Shown here: positions 15,873 to 25,342 of the stretch, one piece after another
Numbering within the stretch: the first letter of the stretch is position 1
Layout: every line of letters starts with the position of its first letter
From: Chloroflexota bacterium
GTDB lineage: Bacteria > Chloroflexota > UBA6077 > FW602-bin22 > JAMCVK01
DNA: 64,000 bases
Direction: 5' to 3'
Assembly (NCBI GenBank): GCA_023475225.1
Contig: JAMCVK010000036.1
Span: forward strand, 26,164-90,163
Position numbers and translations under genes: made by a program
The notes under the pieces: generated by a model
Told to the model about the DNA's origin: nothing
Database searches by the model: none
Seen by the model: the letters and a program-made list of their open reading frames with translations, nothing else

Positions 15873-17236
15873 AGCAGTTCCCTGATCAGACTCATTTCCC
15901 GCTCGGCTACCCTGTCCCAATCGTAGGTGAGTACGACCTTATAAGCTTGTTCCGTCATGCTCTTCCTGAGGTCCTCATCTTGCAACAGGCGAACGATGGC
16001 CGTGGCAAATTGTTTGGTATCGCCCCTGGGTATAGGGTAAAGAGCGTCACCAAATATAGGGCGATAGGCTGGCAGGTCATAAGCGATGACCGGCAAGCGA
16101 CAGGCCAGCGCTTCGGCCATAGCTATCCCCCAACCCTCTTCGTAGCTGGTCGAGAGGAAGACACGACTGGATTTCATCAGGCTATATACCTCGCTTTTGG
16201 GCAAAAACCCGGCTATGGTGATGTTCTCCTCCAACCCTCGCCGCTGGATCTCCCTCTTTAGCCTCTCCGTCCATTCCGCCGAGCCGGAGCCGATGATGAG
16301 CAGTCTGGCGGAGGGCATCTCCCTGACCACCATGTCCCAGATCTCGGGTAGGTCGAAGATGCCCTTGGAAGGGTTGAGCCGCCCCAGAAAACAACCCTCA
16401 GGTCCTCTTTTGGAGCGCGAGGTGGCCGCGTTGATCTCGGCCAGGCTTATCCCGGCCCCGACTACACAGAGCTTCTCTGGGGAAAAGCCAAGCCTCACCA
16501 GGCGCTCCTTCACCGCATGGTTCAAGAGAAAGACCCTATCAGCCAGGCGTTTGATTAAGACGAAGCTGAATCTTTGCAATACCCATGATACGACGCTCAT
16601 TATAAACGTATTTCCTCTCCGCTTGAAGGGCGATTCGTTGAGATGGAAGATGGTGGCTACCCACCTGGTCTGTGGAAACTTGAGGCGGTGGTAGAAAGCG
16701 GGGATGGTATCGCAGAAGAAGTCGCCGGTGGTGTAAAGCACCTCTCCCCCAGCGGTTCTGATCAGGCGGCAGGACTTCAGAGCGCGGAGGAGATAGACCA
16801 AGGGCAACAGGAAGAGATAGCGAGAGTACAGACGATGTGCATCAATCAATGACCCTTTTAGGACATACATCTTTGAGGGTGAGATCTCTTCCTGGCATCG
16901 CCTGGCCGCTATCTCCGGCACTATGAGGGTTACCTCTGCCCCAGCCTGTTGCCAACGCCTGGCCAGTTCGACGAAGGCTCTATCGCCGCCGGAGGTGATT
17001 TCGGGTGTGAGCAGATGGACGGCTAAAATCGATAACTGAACGCCCTCATCCCCCCTACCCCCCTTCTCCCGTCCGGGAAGGACGGGAGAAGGGGGGAATT
17101 GGGGTTTGGGGATACCCCAAACCCTAGCAGAGGGGCTTTGCCCCTCTGCACTCCCCATGCGGTGGGGGAAGGGGAGATAGGGGCTGTGTCTCCAGGCTAT
17201 CCTGGCGCTGGGGCTGTGCCCCCTCGGAACCCTCAT
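15869..17236 (-). CDS. GT4-family glycosyltransferase; start uncertain because the N-terminal 60-65 codons are repeat R2
   Basis: Contains a C-terminal EEGWGIAMAEALACRLPVIAYD motif (the E-x7-E region of GT-B/GT4). The conserved GT body begins near LSILAVHLLTPEITSGG (~17037). The only in-frame ATG codons lie inside the repeat, at 17158 and 17236. Confidence 0.75.
   Translation of the reverse strand: MRVPRGHSPSARIAWRHSPYLPFPHRMGSAEGQSPSARVWGIPKPQFPPSPVLPGREKGGRGDEGVQLSILAVHLLTPEITSGGDRAFVELARRWQQAGAEVTLIVPEIAARRCQEEISPSKMYVLKGSLIDAHRLYSRYLFLLPLVYLLRALKSCRLIRTAGGEVLYTTGDFFCDTIPAFYHRLKFPQTRWVATIFHLNESPFKRRGNTFIMSVVSWVLQRFSFVLIKRLADRVFLLNHAVKERLVRLGFSPEKLCVVGAGISLAEINAATSRSKRGPEGCFLGRLNPSKGIFDLPEIWDMVVREMPSARLLIIGSGSAEWTERLKREIQRRGLEENITIAGFLPKSEVYSLMKSSRVFLSTSYEEGWGIAMAEALACRLPVIAYDLPAYRPIFGDALYPIPRGDTKQFATAIVRLLQDEDLRKSMTEQAYKVVLTYDWDRVAEREMSLIRELL
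17041..17235. repeat. R2-family palindromic repeat (inverted unit) plus a shared GGGCTTTGCCCC..CTGCACTCCCCAT module
   Basis: GCCCTCATCCCCCCTACCCCCCTTCTCCCGTCCGGGAAGGACGGGAGAAGGGGGG is the reverse-orientation R2 unit. The following module recurs inside the long R1 copy at 43900-43950. Confidence 0.75.
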
Positions 17237-17264
17237 TCTTCGATACCCTCTCCCTTTAGTTTCC

Positions 17265-18641
17265 TCAGGCAGGCCCAGCCCACCTGCACATTCTGTGGCG
17301 TAGCCAGTTCACTATGCGGCCCCTGATGGCCTTGAAGAGGAGTCCTCTGCCCCTGAGAGCGGTGAGGGTGTTCAGGTACTTGGCCAGTCTTATCTCCAGC
17401 CGAGAGAGGTGGGGGTGATTGAGCACAGAGTCCCAGGCGTAGGAGCCGACGCTGCTCCGTCTCTGCAGGTTGACCCAATTGTTGGCGTAACAGAGATCAC
17501 CCAAGGCTGTGCCCTTAAAAGGGTAGAAGATGCTCGTCATAGCGAAGTCGGGCCCTATCTGGAAGTTCAGCCAGATCGTCCGCAGCAAACTAAGCCGCCC
17601 CTCATAGGGCAACCCCACCATATTGAATGACCAGGTTTGGATGCCCAGTCGCCTGGCTGTCTGAAAGGACTTGATTATGCTTTGGTTGGTCATCCGCCTG
17701 TTCAATACCGATCGTCTCAGCTGCTCATCGCCCGACTCTATTCCAAGCAGAAGCAGGTTACAGCCAGCGTTTTTGAGCATCCGTAGGGTCTTTGCGCTAC
17801 AGGTCTCCGGCCTGGCTGCACAGTAGAAGGGAAAGCGGAAGCGGTGGGGGTATTTCTCGCAGAACTCCTCCAACCAGCGGGGAAAGAGGGTCAGATTATC
17901 ATCGTGGAAACCGAGCGAGTCGAAGGTATATCTATTGGCGAGCCCCTCTATCTCCTGGAGCACGTTATCAACTGAGCGCATTCTTAAGTATTTGTGTTTG
18001 TTGGGATATAGTTGTTTAATATAGTAATTTGAGCAATAGGTACAGTCATAGGGACAGCCCCGGCTGGCTATCAGTTTCACGTTTCGGTCCCCCTCTCCCC
18101 CCATCTCTAGATGCCTCTGGTAATCCAGCATCTCCCTGTCGGGGAAGGGCAGCTCATCGAGATCCTCAATCAACGGACGGATAGGATTCTGGTAGACTTG
18201 TCCGTCTTTTTTTACCCACAGGTTTGGGGTGCTGGTCGTATCCTCTTCCCGCTCCATTCTGGTGACCAGCTCCAGTAGGGGATATTCCCCTTCCCCCCGA
18301 CAAACGATATCTATGGAGTTATGTCGAATCGCCTCTTGGGGGACGAGTGTAGCGTGATACCCGCCGACGATGATGGGGAGGTTGTACTGAGTCTTTAGGT
18401 AGTCGGCGAGCTCCCTGATCCAGTCGAAGCTCGTCTCATAGGCGGTGAAGCCGACCAGATGAGGTCGGAAGATCTCGATAGCCTTACGGACGTCTGCCCA
18501 ATGTGTAGCGTTCAGGCGTCTCTGGACCACCAATTCTAGCAAGGCTGTTTGGTGTCCGTATCTCTTCAGGAAGGCCGAGAGTGCTCCCAGCTGGATGGGG
18601 TAGGAGATATCCGGGCCGGGGTAGATGAATAATATGTTCAC
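17265..18641 (-). CDS. B12-binding-domain radical SAM enzyme
   Basis: 458 aa. The N-terminus is a B12-binding-like Rossmann domain (MNILFIYPG...IIVGGYHAT). The canonical cluster motif is IASRGCPYDCTYCSNY (CX3CX2C). Confidence 0.85.
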   Translation of the reverse strand: MNILFIYPGPDISYPIQLGALSAFLKRYGHQTALLELVVQRRLNATHWADVRKAIEIFRPHLVGFTAYETSFDWIRELADYLKTQYNLPIIVGGYHATLVPQEAIRHNSIDIVCRGEGEYPLLELVTRMEREEDTTSTPNLWVKKDGQVYQNPIRPLIEDLDELPFPDREMLDYQRHLEMGGEGDRNVKLIASRGCPYDCTYCSNYYIKQLYPNKHKYLRMRSVDNVLQEIEGLANRYTFDSLGFHDDNLTLFPRWLEEFCEKYPHRFRFPFYCAARPETCSAKTLRMLKNAGCNLLLLGIESGDEQLRRSVLNRRMTNQSIIKSFQTARRLGIQTWSFNMVGLPYEGRLSLLRTIWLNFQIGPDFAMTSIFYPFKGTALGDLCYANNWVNLQRRSSVGSYAWDSVLNHPHLSRLEIRLAKYLNTLTALRGRGLLFKAIRGRIVNWLRHRMCRWAGPA

Positions 18642-19558
18642 GTCTTATCCTCAGAGGCGGGAGCGTCGGACTTACCCCATTTCCTGGCCACCAGGAACGT
18701 TGAGCCTTGGTTATCTGTATTCCCTTTCGCCTCCAGATGGCTCAGTCCCAGGAGCAGAGGGAAACATAATTGCTTATATATGGCCAACGCCCCTAGGCGA
18801 CGCTCATAAAAGGTCTTATTGTCCCCTTTTATCTTACCTAAAAGCAGATTAAGGGCGGTAATGAAGGCATAAAAGTAGCGATTGATAGTGGTGAAGCGGG
18901 GATACATGGGGAGGGCTTGTTCGATGGCGAAGCCGCTTTCCCGCAGGAGTCCCTCTAGCGCCTGGCGCATGTAGTGGCGCAGATGTCCGTAGGCTTCCTT
19001 ATAGTCTGGGTGATACGGTCTATAGGGGACACGGACGATCAACTCGCCTCCCTCTGGCAGGACCCGGGCCATCTCAGTCAGGGCGGCCTGGTCGTTTTCC
19101 AGATGTTCCAGAACATCCAGACAGAGCACAACGTTTACCTTACTCTCCTCAAATGGTAGATGAAGGGTATCGGCTTGTAGGAAGTGTATGCCAGAGTGGC
19201 TTAGGCGGCGAGCGCGGCTGATCGAGTCGTGGGAGATATCGCAGCCACAGACCAGATTGTCCTTCAAGTCCAGGCTGTTGATCACCGCTCCTGTTCCGCA
19301 GCCGACGTCGACGATAACCTTGTTCCTGATGTTTTGCAGGTGCTCCTGAATTGGTTTCCTGATGAGGTAGGGCCCGATGTCGTGAGAGATGACCATCCAG
19401 TCGCGATCGTCGAAGAAGCGCTCATAAAAGGGTTGCCCTTGGGTGAGGCGCATTCTACGCTTCCGATACCAGAGCTCAATCTTTTCAATAAGCGACATTT
19501 GGCCCTCTCTATTGGAGCTCAGGGTCCCCAAAACTAGCCTTGGGAGAAACGTAACCAA
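18638..19558 (-). CDS. Class I SAM-dependent methyltransferase
   Basis: Motif I is VIVDVGCGTGAV; the post-I/II region is VVLCLDVLEHL. A 4-nt overlap joins it to the rSAM gene. The real start may be MSLIEKIELW at 19498. Confidence 0.8.
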   Translation of the reverse strand: MVTFLPRLVLGTLSSNREGQMSLIEKIELWYRKRRMRLTQGQPFYERFFDDRDWMVISHDIGPYLIRKPIQEHLQNIRNKVIVDVGCGTGAVINSLDLKDNLVCGCDISHDSISRARRLSHSGIHFLQADTLHLPFEESKVNVVLCLDVLEHLENDQAALTEMARVLPEGGELIVRVPYRPYHPDYKEAYGHLRHYMRQALEGLLRESGFAIEQALPMYPRFTTINRYFYAFITALNLLLGKIKGDNKTFYERRLGALAIYKQLCFPLLLGLSHLEAKGNTDNQGSTFLVARKWGKSDAPASEDKT

Positions 19559-19755
19559 GGAATATTATGGCCCAGATATACTTAGGAGTCGCCGTACAGA
19601 TGCCCCTCAGAGGGACAGTTTCTAGTGAGGAGTCTCTCAGCCCAGTATTCCTTGTGGCCTCTGGCTCCATTGTTATCTGCTTTCTCCGGCTTGAGCCTCA
19701 TCCTCCCCACTCTGGGGTAGCAGTTTGCCTATATCACTGTTTTTGGAAATGGTTA

Positions 19756-20151
19756 TCAATTGGCCCGGAGTAGCGGCAGGACCGTCACTTCCGGCATGGG
19801 ATAATCATCTTTATTACCCGTAATAAGGCTAGCTTGGTGGGCCTGGGCGGTGGCTGCCACTAGGGTATCGGTAGTGGAAAGGGTTACTCCCTGCCGGGCA
19901 TAGGTATAGCGCCACTCCCCTGCTTGTCTGGCTACCTCTTGGGTGGTAGCCAAAAACTGGCAAGCTTGGAGTAGTCTTTGGACCTTGTCGCGGTCTTTCG
20001 GTCTTACTCCGGCGTAAACCTCGGCGATTACCACGTCGCAGACGCATAACAGGCCACCACGCTGGTGCAGATCCTGGACGAGCGCCACCGAGGTCGGAAT
20101 GCCCACTAAGTAATCAATTATTGCATCGGTATCGAGTAAGTATCGCACCAT
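19756..20151 (-). CDS. vapC: PIN-domain toxin VapC
   Basis: Start at ATG 20151 (MVRYLLDTDAIIDYL), a TAATG overlap with the antitoxin stop. The track ORF extends upstream artefactually. Confidence 0.85.
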   Translation of the reverse strand: MVRYLLDTDAIIDYLVGIPTSVALVQDLHQRGGLLCVCDVVIAEVYAGVRPKDRDKVQRLLQACQFLATTQEVARQAGEWRYTYARQGVTLSTTDTLVAATAQAHQASLITGNKDDYPMPEVTVLPLLRAN

Positions 20152-20438
20152 TAGTTCCTTCGACCGCTCATTCTGCGTGCCAGCCGGGAGTCGTCTTCTT
20201 TCCGGCCGGAGCGTACCCAAGCCGAGATCTTCGCAACGCTTTCCCATTCAGGGTAGTCGACGACATTCAGGACTCCCACCGACTCCCGCAGGGCTGTAGA
20301 TAGTGTTTCGCGGGCCAACCTCTCCCGGATGGCCAGCTCAATGAAGCGACTTCTTTTTCGTTTGCCCGCTATCCGGTCTATCTCCTTCATTAGTTCCTCT
20401 GGTATGAAGATATGAGTTCGCATTGGCATCTCCTCCAC
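20151..20438 (-). CDS. vapB: Ribbon-helix-helix (CopG-like) antitoxin VapB
   Basis: 95 aa. THIFIPEELMKEIDRIAGKRKRSRFIELAIRERL is an RHH motif. It is coupled to the downstream PIN gene. Confidence 0.8.
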   Translation of the reverse strand: MEEMPMRTHIFIPEELMKEIDRIAGKRKRSRFIELAIRERLARETLSTALRESVGVLNVVDYPEWESVAKISAWVRSGRKEDDSRLARRMSGRRN

Positions 20439-20510
20439 TTATATCCCACTACAGAGCACACTGATAGTACCACTAATAGATGCTATTGTCAAGTTACCGA
20501 ATTAAATCAG

Positions 20511-20612
20511 GTCGAATATCTCCTCAAACCCCTGCAAGGGCTTCAAGGCGGACCTGTGGGCTTTTTGTGCTCTGGGGCACATCCGAAAGACCCTTGGAAC
20601 CACATTCTTTGG
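20511..20612 (+). repeat. R1 dispersed repeat, short full copy
   Basis: GAATATCTCCTCAAACCCCTGCAAGGGCTTCAAGGCGGACCTGTGGGCTTTTTGTGCTCTGGGGCACATCCGAAAGACCCTTGGAACC aligns with the other R1 copies. Confidence 0.75.
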
Positions 20613-20629
20613 CCCTCCCAAAGTAGTAC

Positions 20630-20659
20630 CTGACAAGTGGGAGGGGGCAGTGCTATAAT
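20630..20659 (+). promoter_or_regulatory. Sigma70-type promoter of cassette A (CTGACA - 18 nt - TATAAT)
   Basis: -35 at 20630-20635 and -10 at 20654-20659. An identical promoter sits at the same position in cassette B. Confidence 0.5.
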
Positions 20660-20750
20660 GTTAACAACAGGGCGCTAAGATCCCTGCCAAACGGACTTGC
20701 CCGAAGCGATTTCACTATTCCGCAGCAGCAAGCTCCAGAGAGGAGGCGTG

Positions 20751-20987
20751 ATGGCAGCGGATGCCTACCAGCGGGAAGCAGCGGCTCCAGGTGAGGGGAC
20801 AGTCCCTCCCGGCCTCCCGATGGGCCCAGCCATTCCCCCGTTGAACGTGACCGGCTTGGTGGTGACCAAAGCCGACCTCGTCAAAGCGCTGCGGATATAC
20901 GTCCCCCAACTGTTCGATATCACCTCGCTGGACGATGGGCGTTTCCTGCTGAGCCTGACCCCACTTACCCCAGAGGGGAATAAATAA
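20751..20987 (+). CDS. Cassette A gene 1: 78-aa protein of unknown function
   Basis: ATG 20751 lies 6 nt after GAGGAGG (the track ORF 20697 starts upstream at a non-ATG codon). A near-identical copy lies at 31747..31983. Confidence 0.6.
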   Translation: MAADAYQREAAAPGEGTVPPGLPMGPAIPPLNVTGLVVTKADLVKALRIYVPQLFDITSLDDGRFLLSLTPLTPEGNK

Positions 20988-20997
20988 GGAGGTCATC

Positions 20998-21699
20998 ATG
21001 CCCGAGTGTAGCTGCAACATTTTTCCGGCGAACCTGGGTAACGTCATCTTCGGGGCCAAGGTTGGAATTGGGACAGAGAGTCCGGGAGCGAGATTGCATA
21101 CTTACGAAGTTTATGGAACCGGCGATACCACGCTTCGGGAACAGATTATCATTGAGAGGGACTCTTACACTTATCAGGGTGCGGGTGCTGGTGCTGGTGG
21201 TAGCATCCTGTTCAAAAACCGCGATTATAATGGAGGCAGTATAGAGGCTGGAGAAATCGGCGTTATCAATACAAACAATGTTCAGGGTGACGTCAAACCG
21301 GCGCTGGTCTTTCTATTGGGTCAAGGAACGCCATCTGAAAAGGTTAGAATTACAACAGATGGCAATGTTGGTATTGGGACGACTGGTCCAGAGGCGAAGC
21401 TGCATGTAGAAGGAAGTGTAAACCCATCTATCTTAGTAAAACAAACAACACCTGCTAAGCGAGCCTATTACGAAGTAAATAGCGCTGGCCAATTGCTATC
21501 AACCGACGGCGATATACAGTTTCAAACTAATGGCGGTGGCTGGTCGATCAAGATGGTGCTGACAAATGCTGGCGATGTGGGCATTGGGACGAGTCCTGGG
21601 GAAAAGCTGGAGGTAGCTGGGAACATCAAACTGAGTGGCAGCCTCTTTACGGGGACGCGCAGGGTGGCCGATAGCGGTGGCTGCTACTATGCGGATTGA
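20998..21699 (+). CDS. Cassette A gene 2: fibre-like repeat protein, short allele
   Basis: 233 aa with RBS AAGGAGG. Three copies of the (G/A)-x-V-G-I-G-T-x-x-P-x-x-(K/R)-L motif known from tail-fibre/endosialidase-chaperone type proteins. No signal peptide. It lacks 93 codons that are present in the B allele. Confidence 0.7.
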   Translation: MPECSCNIFPANLGNVIFGAKVGIGTESPGARLHTYEVYGTGDTTLREQIIIERDSYTYQGAGAGAGGSILFKNRDYNGGSIEAGEIGVINTNNVQGDVKPALVFLLGQGTPSEKVRITTDGNVGIGTTGPEAKLHVEGSVNPSILVKQTTPAKRAYYEVNSAGQLLSTDGDIQFQTNGGGWSIKMVLTNAGDVGIGTSPGEKLEVAGNIKLSGSLFTGTRRVADSGGCYYAD

Positions 21700-23115
21700 A
21701 CACTATGGCTACTCAATGGACTGACCATCCTGCTACAAGTAATACCCACATCCGGGCGGTGCACATCAACGAACTGCGCAGCGCCGTTGACTGCAACCGC
21801 AGTGCTTATGGACTCCCAGGCTATGCCTGGACCGATGTTCCTGTCAGCAGTAGCATCCCTATTAGGGCTATACACTTCAACGAGATTCGCACGGCCATTC
21901 AGGACCTCTGGAACCGGAAGTCGATGGGGACGATCCCCAATTGGAGCGTTGGCAGCGCGCCCTCTAGCAGCCGGCCCATAAGTGCCCGGGACATCAACGA
22001 CCTACGGGGTTGGCTGAACCAATATGAAAACACAGGTGGGTTACGAGGCCCGAAACGAGGGATTCATTTGCGGAATAATGGTGACTTACGAACATCTGAA
22101 CTGCAAGCCCTTCAGATGTTTACCCCGGGGCTGGCTGTTGTGCTAAGCACGGATGTTTTGCGTCCCGCTATGCTTAACTATCTCAAAAGTATTCAGAACA
22201 GCGCTGAGATATTCATTCGCCACGTCCCACCTAATGCCCCTCATTGGAGCTATGCACCGATCCATGGTTCTTACTCACTCTATGATCCAACCTATCGATA
22301 TACCTATAACTATGACAAGGCCACGCAGAAGAGTCCTGGGGACGTAGCAACTGAGATAATTACCCTTGCCAACAGCCTAAAGGCTAATGGACTTACTAGC
22401 TTTCGCTGGGTGACCGGCAACGAGCCAGAAATAGAATGGGCCATCGATGGTAGTGTGAGCTGGTGGATCAGGTTTTGGACAGATGTGCAGCACTACTATA
22501 GGGACATATACGACCAGCTAGAAGCGCAGGGCCGTCCCTGCGAAATATACCCACCCTGCTTTCATGCAATACGCATGCGTAGCGGTGGCTAATTACTGGT
22601 CCAATGGCACAGTCACACGAAAAGGGGTGTCTAGCACCGGCCCAAAAGATTTTGAGGGCCTTAACACAGACTATGGAGTCTACTACTGTATTGACATGAT
22701 AGACCACCACACAAACGGAACAGCAGTAGGACGGTTCGTCCAGCACAACTATTTTTGGCCAGGATATCAATCTCAGCATGCGGTTTATAACTTTTGGCCC
22801 CAGTTTCTGAAAGACCGCAAAGCAAGTGGCATGCCAAATCGCATCACTGAGTTTGGTTGGCATCCAGACTGCTTCCCCCCCAACCCATGCAGCGCCAATC
22901 TAGATACGACGACTACTTCCTGCGATGGAGCTCGGACAGGTATTAGCTCCTGGGGAGACTACAACGACTATGTGCGCATATCTGGTCAATTGGATGGATA
23001 TGCCGTGTGGATTCTATCGGATGCAACCGGTAAGTTTGCCGACTTCGTGGCTGTGAAGGAGGACGACACCAGGCGCCCATGGTTCGACAAGTACGTCTGT
23101 TTCCTCAACGCCTAG
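21696..23115 (+). pseudogene. Cassette A gene 3: HxxELR-repeat / clan GH-A-like glycoside hydrolase, split by a frameshift near 22555-22592
   Basis: ORFs 21696..22592 (frame 0) and 22564..23115 (frame 1) are together colinear with the intact 467-aa B paralog. The GNEP motif is in the first ORF and ITEFGW is in the second. Confidence 0.65.
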
Positions 23116-24827
23116 CATCCAAATGTACATGTAGAGGTGCACTGCTAGTTCTCTGCTTGCTGATGTTGGGCAGTGTATGGTCACTTCATCCGCAGCCACA
23201 GGTGGCATGGGCTTGGCAGCAGTACCAAGTTACCCCCTTCCTTATCAGCGACAAAGGAAGTAACCTGCGCCCTGTGGTTTCAGAATACGCCATCATATGG
23301 GCGTCAACCGAGGCTGGGGGCAGGCAGGATATCTATGGCTGGGATTTGAGAACAAACAAGCTTTTCCGGGTGACGGAGACAGGTACGCCCAACAAGTGGT
23401 ACAGCGTTCATGGAAATCTATTGATTTGGATGGACGATAGGGTCCTTCGCGGGTTTGACCTATCGAGGAAGGCTGGGATCACCCTTCCCCTTGCTATTCC
23501 TGGTTCAGCGTACCGGCCAGTGATTTCGGCAGATGCGATTGCCTGGACATCTTTCCCCTTTCCTTGTGCCAAGGTGGGCTATTGTGGGGTGGACATCGAC
23601 GCCTACGATCGCCAGCGGGGAGTGGCGTTTTCGGTAGCCAAAAACGTGACGGAGGCTAGTTCGCTATTCGCTTCTGGCAAGACAATCGTTTGGGCGGATG
23701 GGACAGGCTACCACTATGGGACGAGTCCAATATTTGGGAATGTGTGGGCCTTTAATATAGACAGCAGGTCCACTTTGCAGGTCACCAATCAGCGTACAGC
23801 TATGAAGCCCGCGATATGGGAGAACATAATAGTTTGGCAGGACGACCGGGATAGCACGCCTGAAGGCTTCTATAGTAATAATACCAAAATCTACGGCTAC
23901 GATCTTGAGACGCGGAGGGAATTCCCCATCTCCACTAGCCCTGGCAGAAAGATATCCCCTGCCATTTATGGGCCGCTGGTAGTTTGGCAGGATAACCGCA
24001 TTGGTAACTGGGATATCTATGGTTATGATCTCAGGACAAAGATGGAGTTCCTCATCGCTATAGGGCCGACCAATCAGATCGACCCTCGGATTTCTGGCAA
24101 TCTTGTGGTTTGGATAGACGGAGGCACCGTCGTGCAGCCACCTAGCGGGGGAGCAGTATGGGCAGCTCGCATCTCCTTACCATTAGATTGGGATGTTTCT
24201 AATGGCCACTTCTACACTCAGGCCAACGGCTTCCCACCGGGCACGAGCCACAAGGGCTACGCCATCAGCGATGCGAACGATATCCTCTTCTGGGCTGAGT
24301 TTCAGCGCCTGGGTGGGGTGGACAGCCTGGGCTATCCTGCCTCAAGGCGCTTCATCTGGGATGGCTTCACCAGCCAGGCGATGCAAAAACAGGTCTTCCA
24401 GTGGCGACCAGAGGTGAAGCAGGTCTACTTCGTCAACGTCTTCGATGAGCTCTCCAAAGTGGGCAAGGACGACTGGCTCTTGGCCTATCGTCAGGTGCCC
24501 AAGCCCTTCGACTGGTCAGCCGATGCCGGACTTCCCTGGAGTGAGATCGTGCAGCGCCACCTGAAGCTCCTAGATAGTAACCCGGCCATCAAGGCCCGCT
24601 ACTTGGCCGATCCTGACCCCATCGCCCACTTCGGTTTGCCCATGGCCTATGGGGAGTACGAGAACGTCTTCGTCTTGCGTGGTCAACGGGCCGTGCTGCA
24701 GCAGTGGCGAGTGGATACTCCCTGGGCGAAAGCTGGGCAGGTGACGGTGGCCAACGGGGGAGACATCCTCAAGGAGGCTGGTCTCATCCCCAGGGAGGCG
24801 ATAGTGCCTGAGAGTCCGCCCCAGTAG
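23079..24827 (+). CDS. Cassette A gene 4: secreted beta-propeller-repeat protein with a conserved C-terminal module
   Basis: 582 aa. Signal-like segment RGALLVLCLLMLGSVWSLHPQPQVAWA. Repeated blades follow the pattern (I/V)VWxDxR...(N)WDIYGYDL. The last ~200 aa are highly similar to 34542..36257. Confidence 0.75.
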   Translation: MVRQVRLFPQRLASKCTCRGALLVLCLLMLGSVWSLHPQPQVAWAWQQYQVTPFLISDKGSNLRPVVSEYAIIWASTEAGGRQDIYGWDLRTNKLFRVTETGTPNKWYSVHGNLLIWMDDRVLRGFDLSRKAGITLPLAIPGSAYRPVISADAIAWTSFPFPCAKVGYCGVDIDAYDRQRGVAFSVAKNVTEASSLFASGKTIVWADGTGYHYGTSPIFGNVWAFNIDSRSTLQVTNQRTAMKPAIWENIIVWQDDRDSTPEGFYSNNTKIYGYDLETRREFPISTSPGRKISPAIYGPLVVWQDNRIGNWDIYGYDLRTKMEFLIAIGPTNQIDPRISGNLVVWIDGGTVVQPPSGGAVWAARISLPLDWDVSNGHFYTQANGFPPGTSHKGYAISDANDILFWAEFQRLGGVDSLGYPASRRFIWDGFTSQAMQKQVFQWRPEVKQVYFVNVFDELSKVGKDDWLLAYRQVPKPFDWSADAGLPWSEIVQRHLKLLDSNPAIKARYLADPDPIAHFGLPMAYGEYENVFVLRGQRAVLQQWRVDTPWAKAGQVTVANGGDILKEAGLIPREAIVPESPPQ

Positions 24828-25075
24828 ATGGCCTTTTCGCCCCTCGTTTTGGGACCCCCCTTTATCCCTTCCAGGGGACCTCGGTCTTTCGCTAACTGGA
24901 CGATCCTCTATTCCTTTATAAGAAGCAGGTGATGTTGACCGGTAGGGGGCACTCTGCTATACCTTAGGGCAGTGAGGGCAGAGGGCTCACGGCAGCCTGA
25001 TTTGACGCTGAAGCAATATTATGCTATTATAGTATTACTATAATTATTAGTATTTCTACATTATGAGGTATTACT

Positions 25076-25333
25076 ATGAGACGATCAGAGACCACGCTCA
25101 CACAAAAAGGACAGGTGACCATTCCTCTGGGGGTGCGCCGAGCCCTTGGTTTACAACCGCGGGACAAGATTCACTTTGAAGTGGAAGGAGAGGTAGTCAG
25201 GATGAGGCGGGCGCCCTCAAGGGTACTGGCAGGCTATGGGGCGGTAACCCCTCGAAAAAGGCCGGAGGACTTCAGAGAAGTGCGAGAGGACTTTGAGAGA
25301 GAGGTCGCTGCTGAAGTCCTTGCCGAGACCTAG
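25076..25333 (+). CDS. vapB: AbrB/SpoVT-family antitoxin (VapB)
   Basis: 85 aa. Contains TQKGQVTIPLGVRRALGLQPRDKIHF. Paralog of 4272..4535. Confidence 0.85.
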   Translation: MRRSETTLTQKGQVTIPLGVRRALGLQPRDKIHFEVEGEVVRMRRAPSRVLAGYGAVTPRKRPEDFREVREDFEREVAAEVLAET

Positions 25334-25342
25334 GGAGAGCCG

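Noticed and set aside
20801-20840. Diversity-generating retroelement as the cause of the clustered substitutions in gene 1
   Set aside because: There is no reverse transcriptase and no template-repeat/variable-repeat pair. The substitutions are also not adenine-specific; they include C/T, G/A, C/A and C/G changes.
24828-25075. Possible terminator or att-like sequence after gene 4 (GTTTTGGG(G)A(T)CCCCC conserved after both cassettes)
   Set aside because: The conserved stretch is short. The GGGGATCCCC palindrome has no loop and no T-run, so there is not enough evidence for a terminator or recombination site. It is recorded only as the end of the duplicated block.
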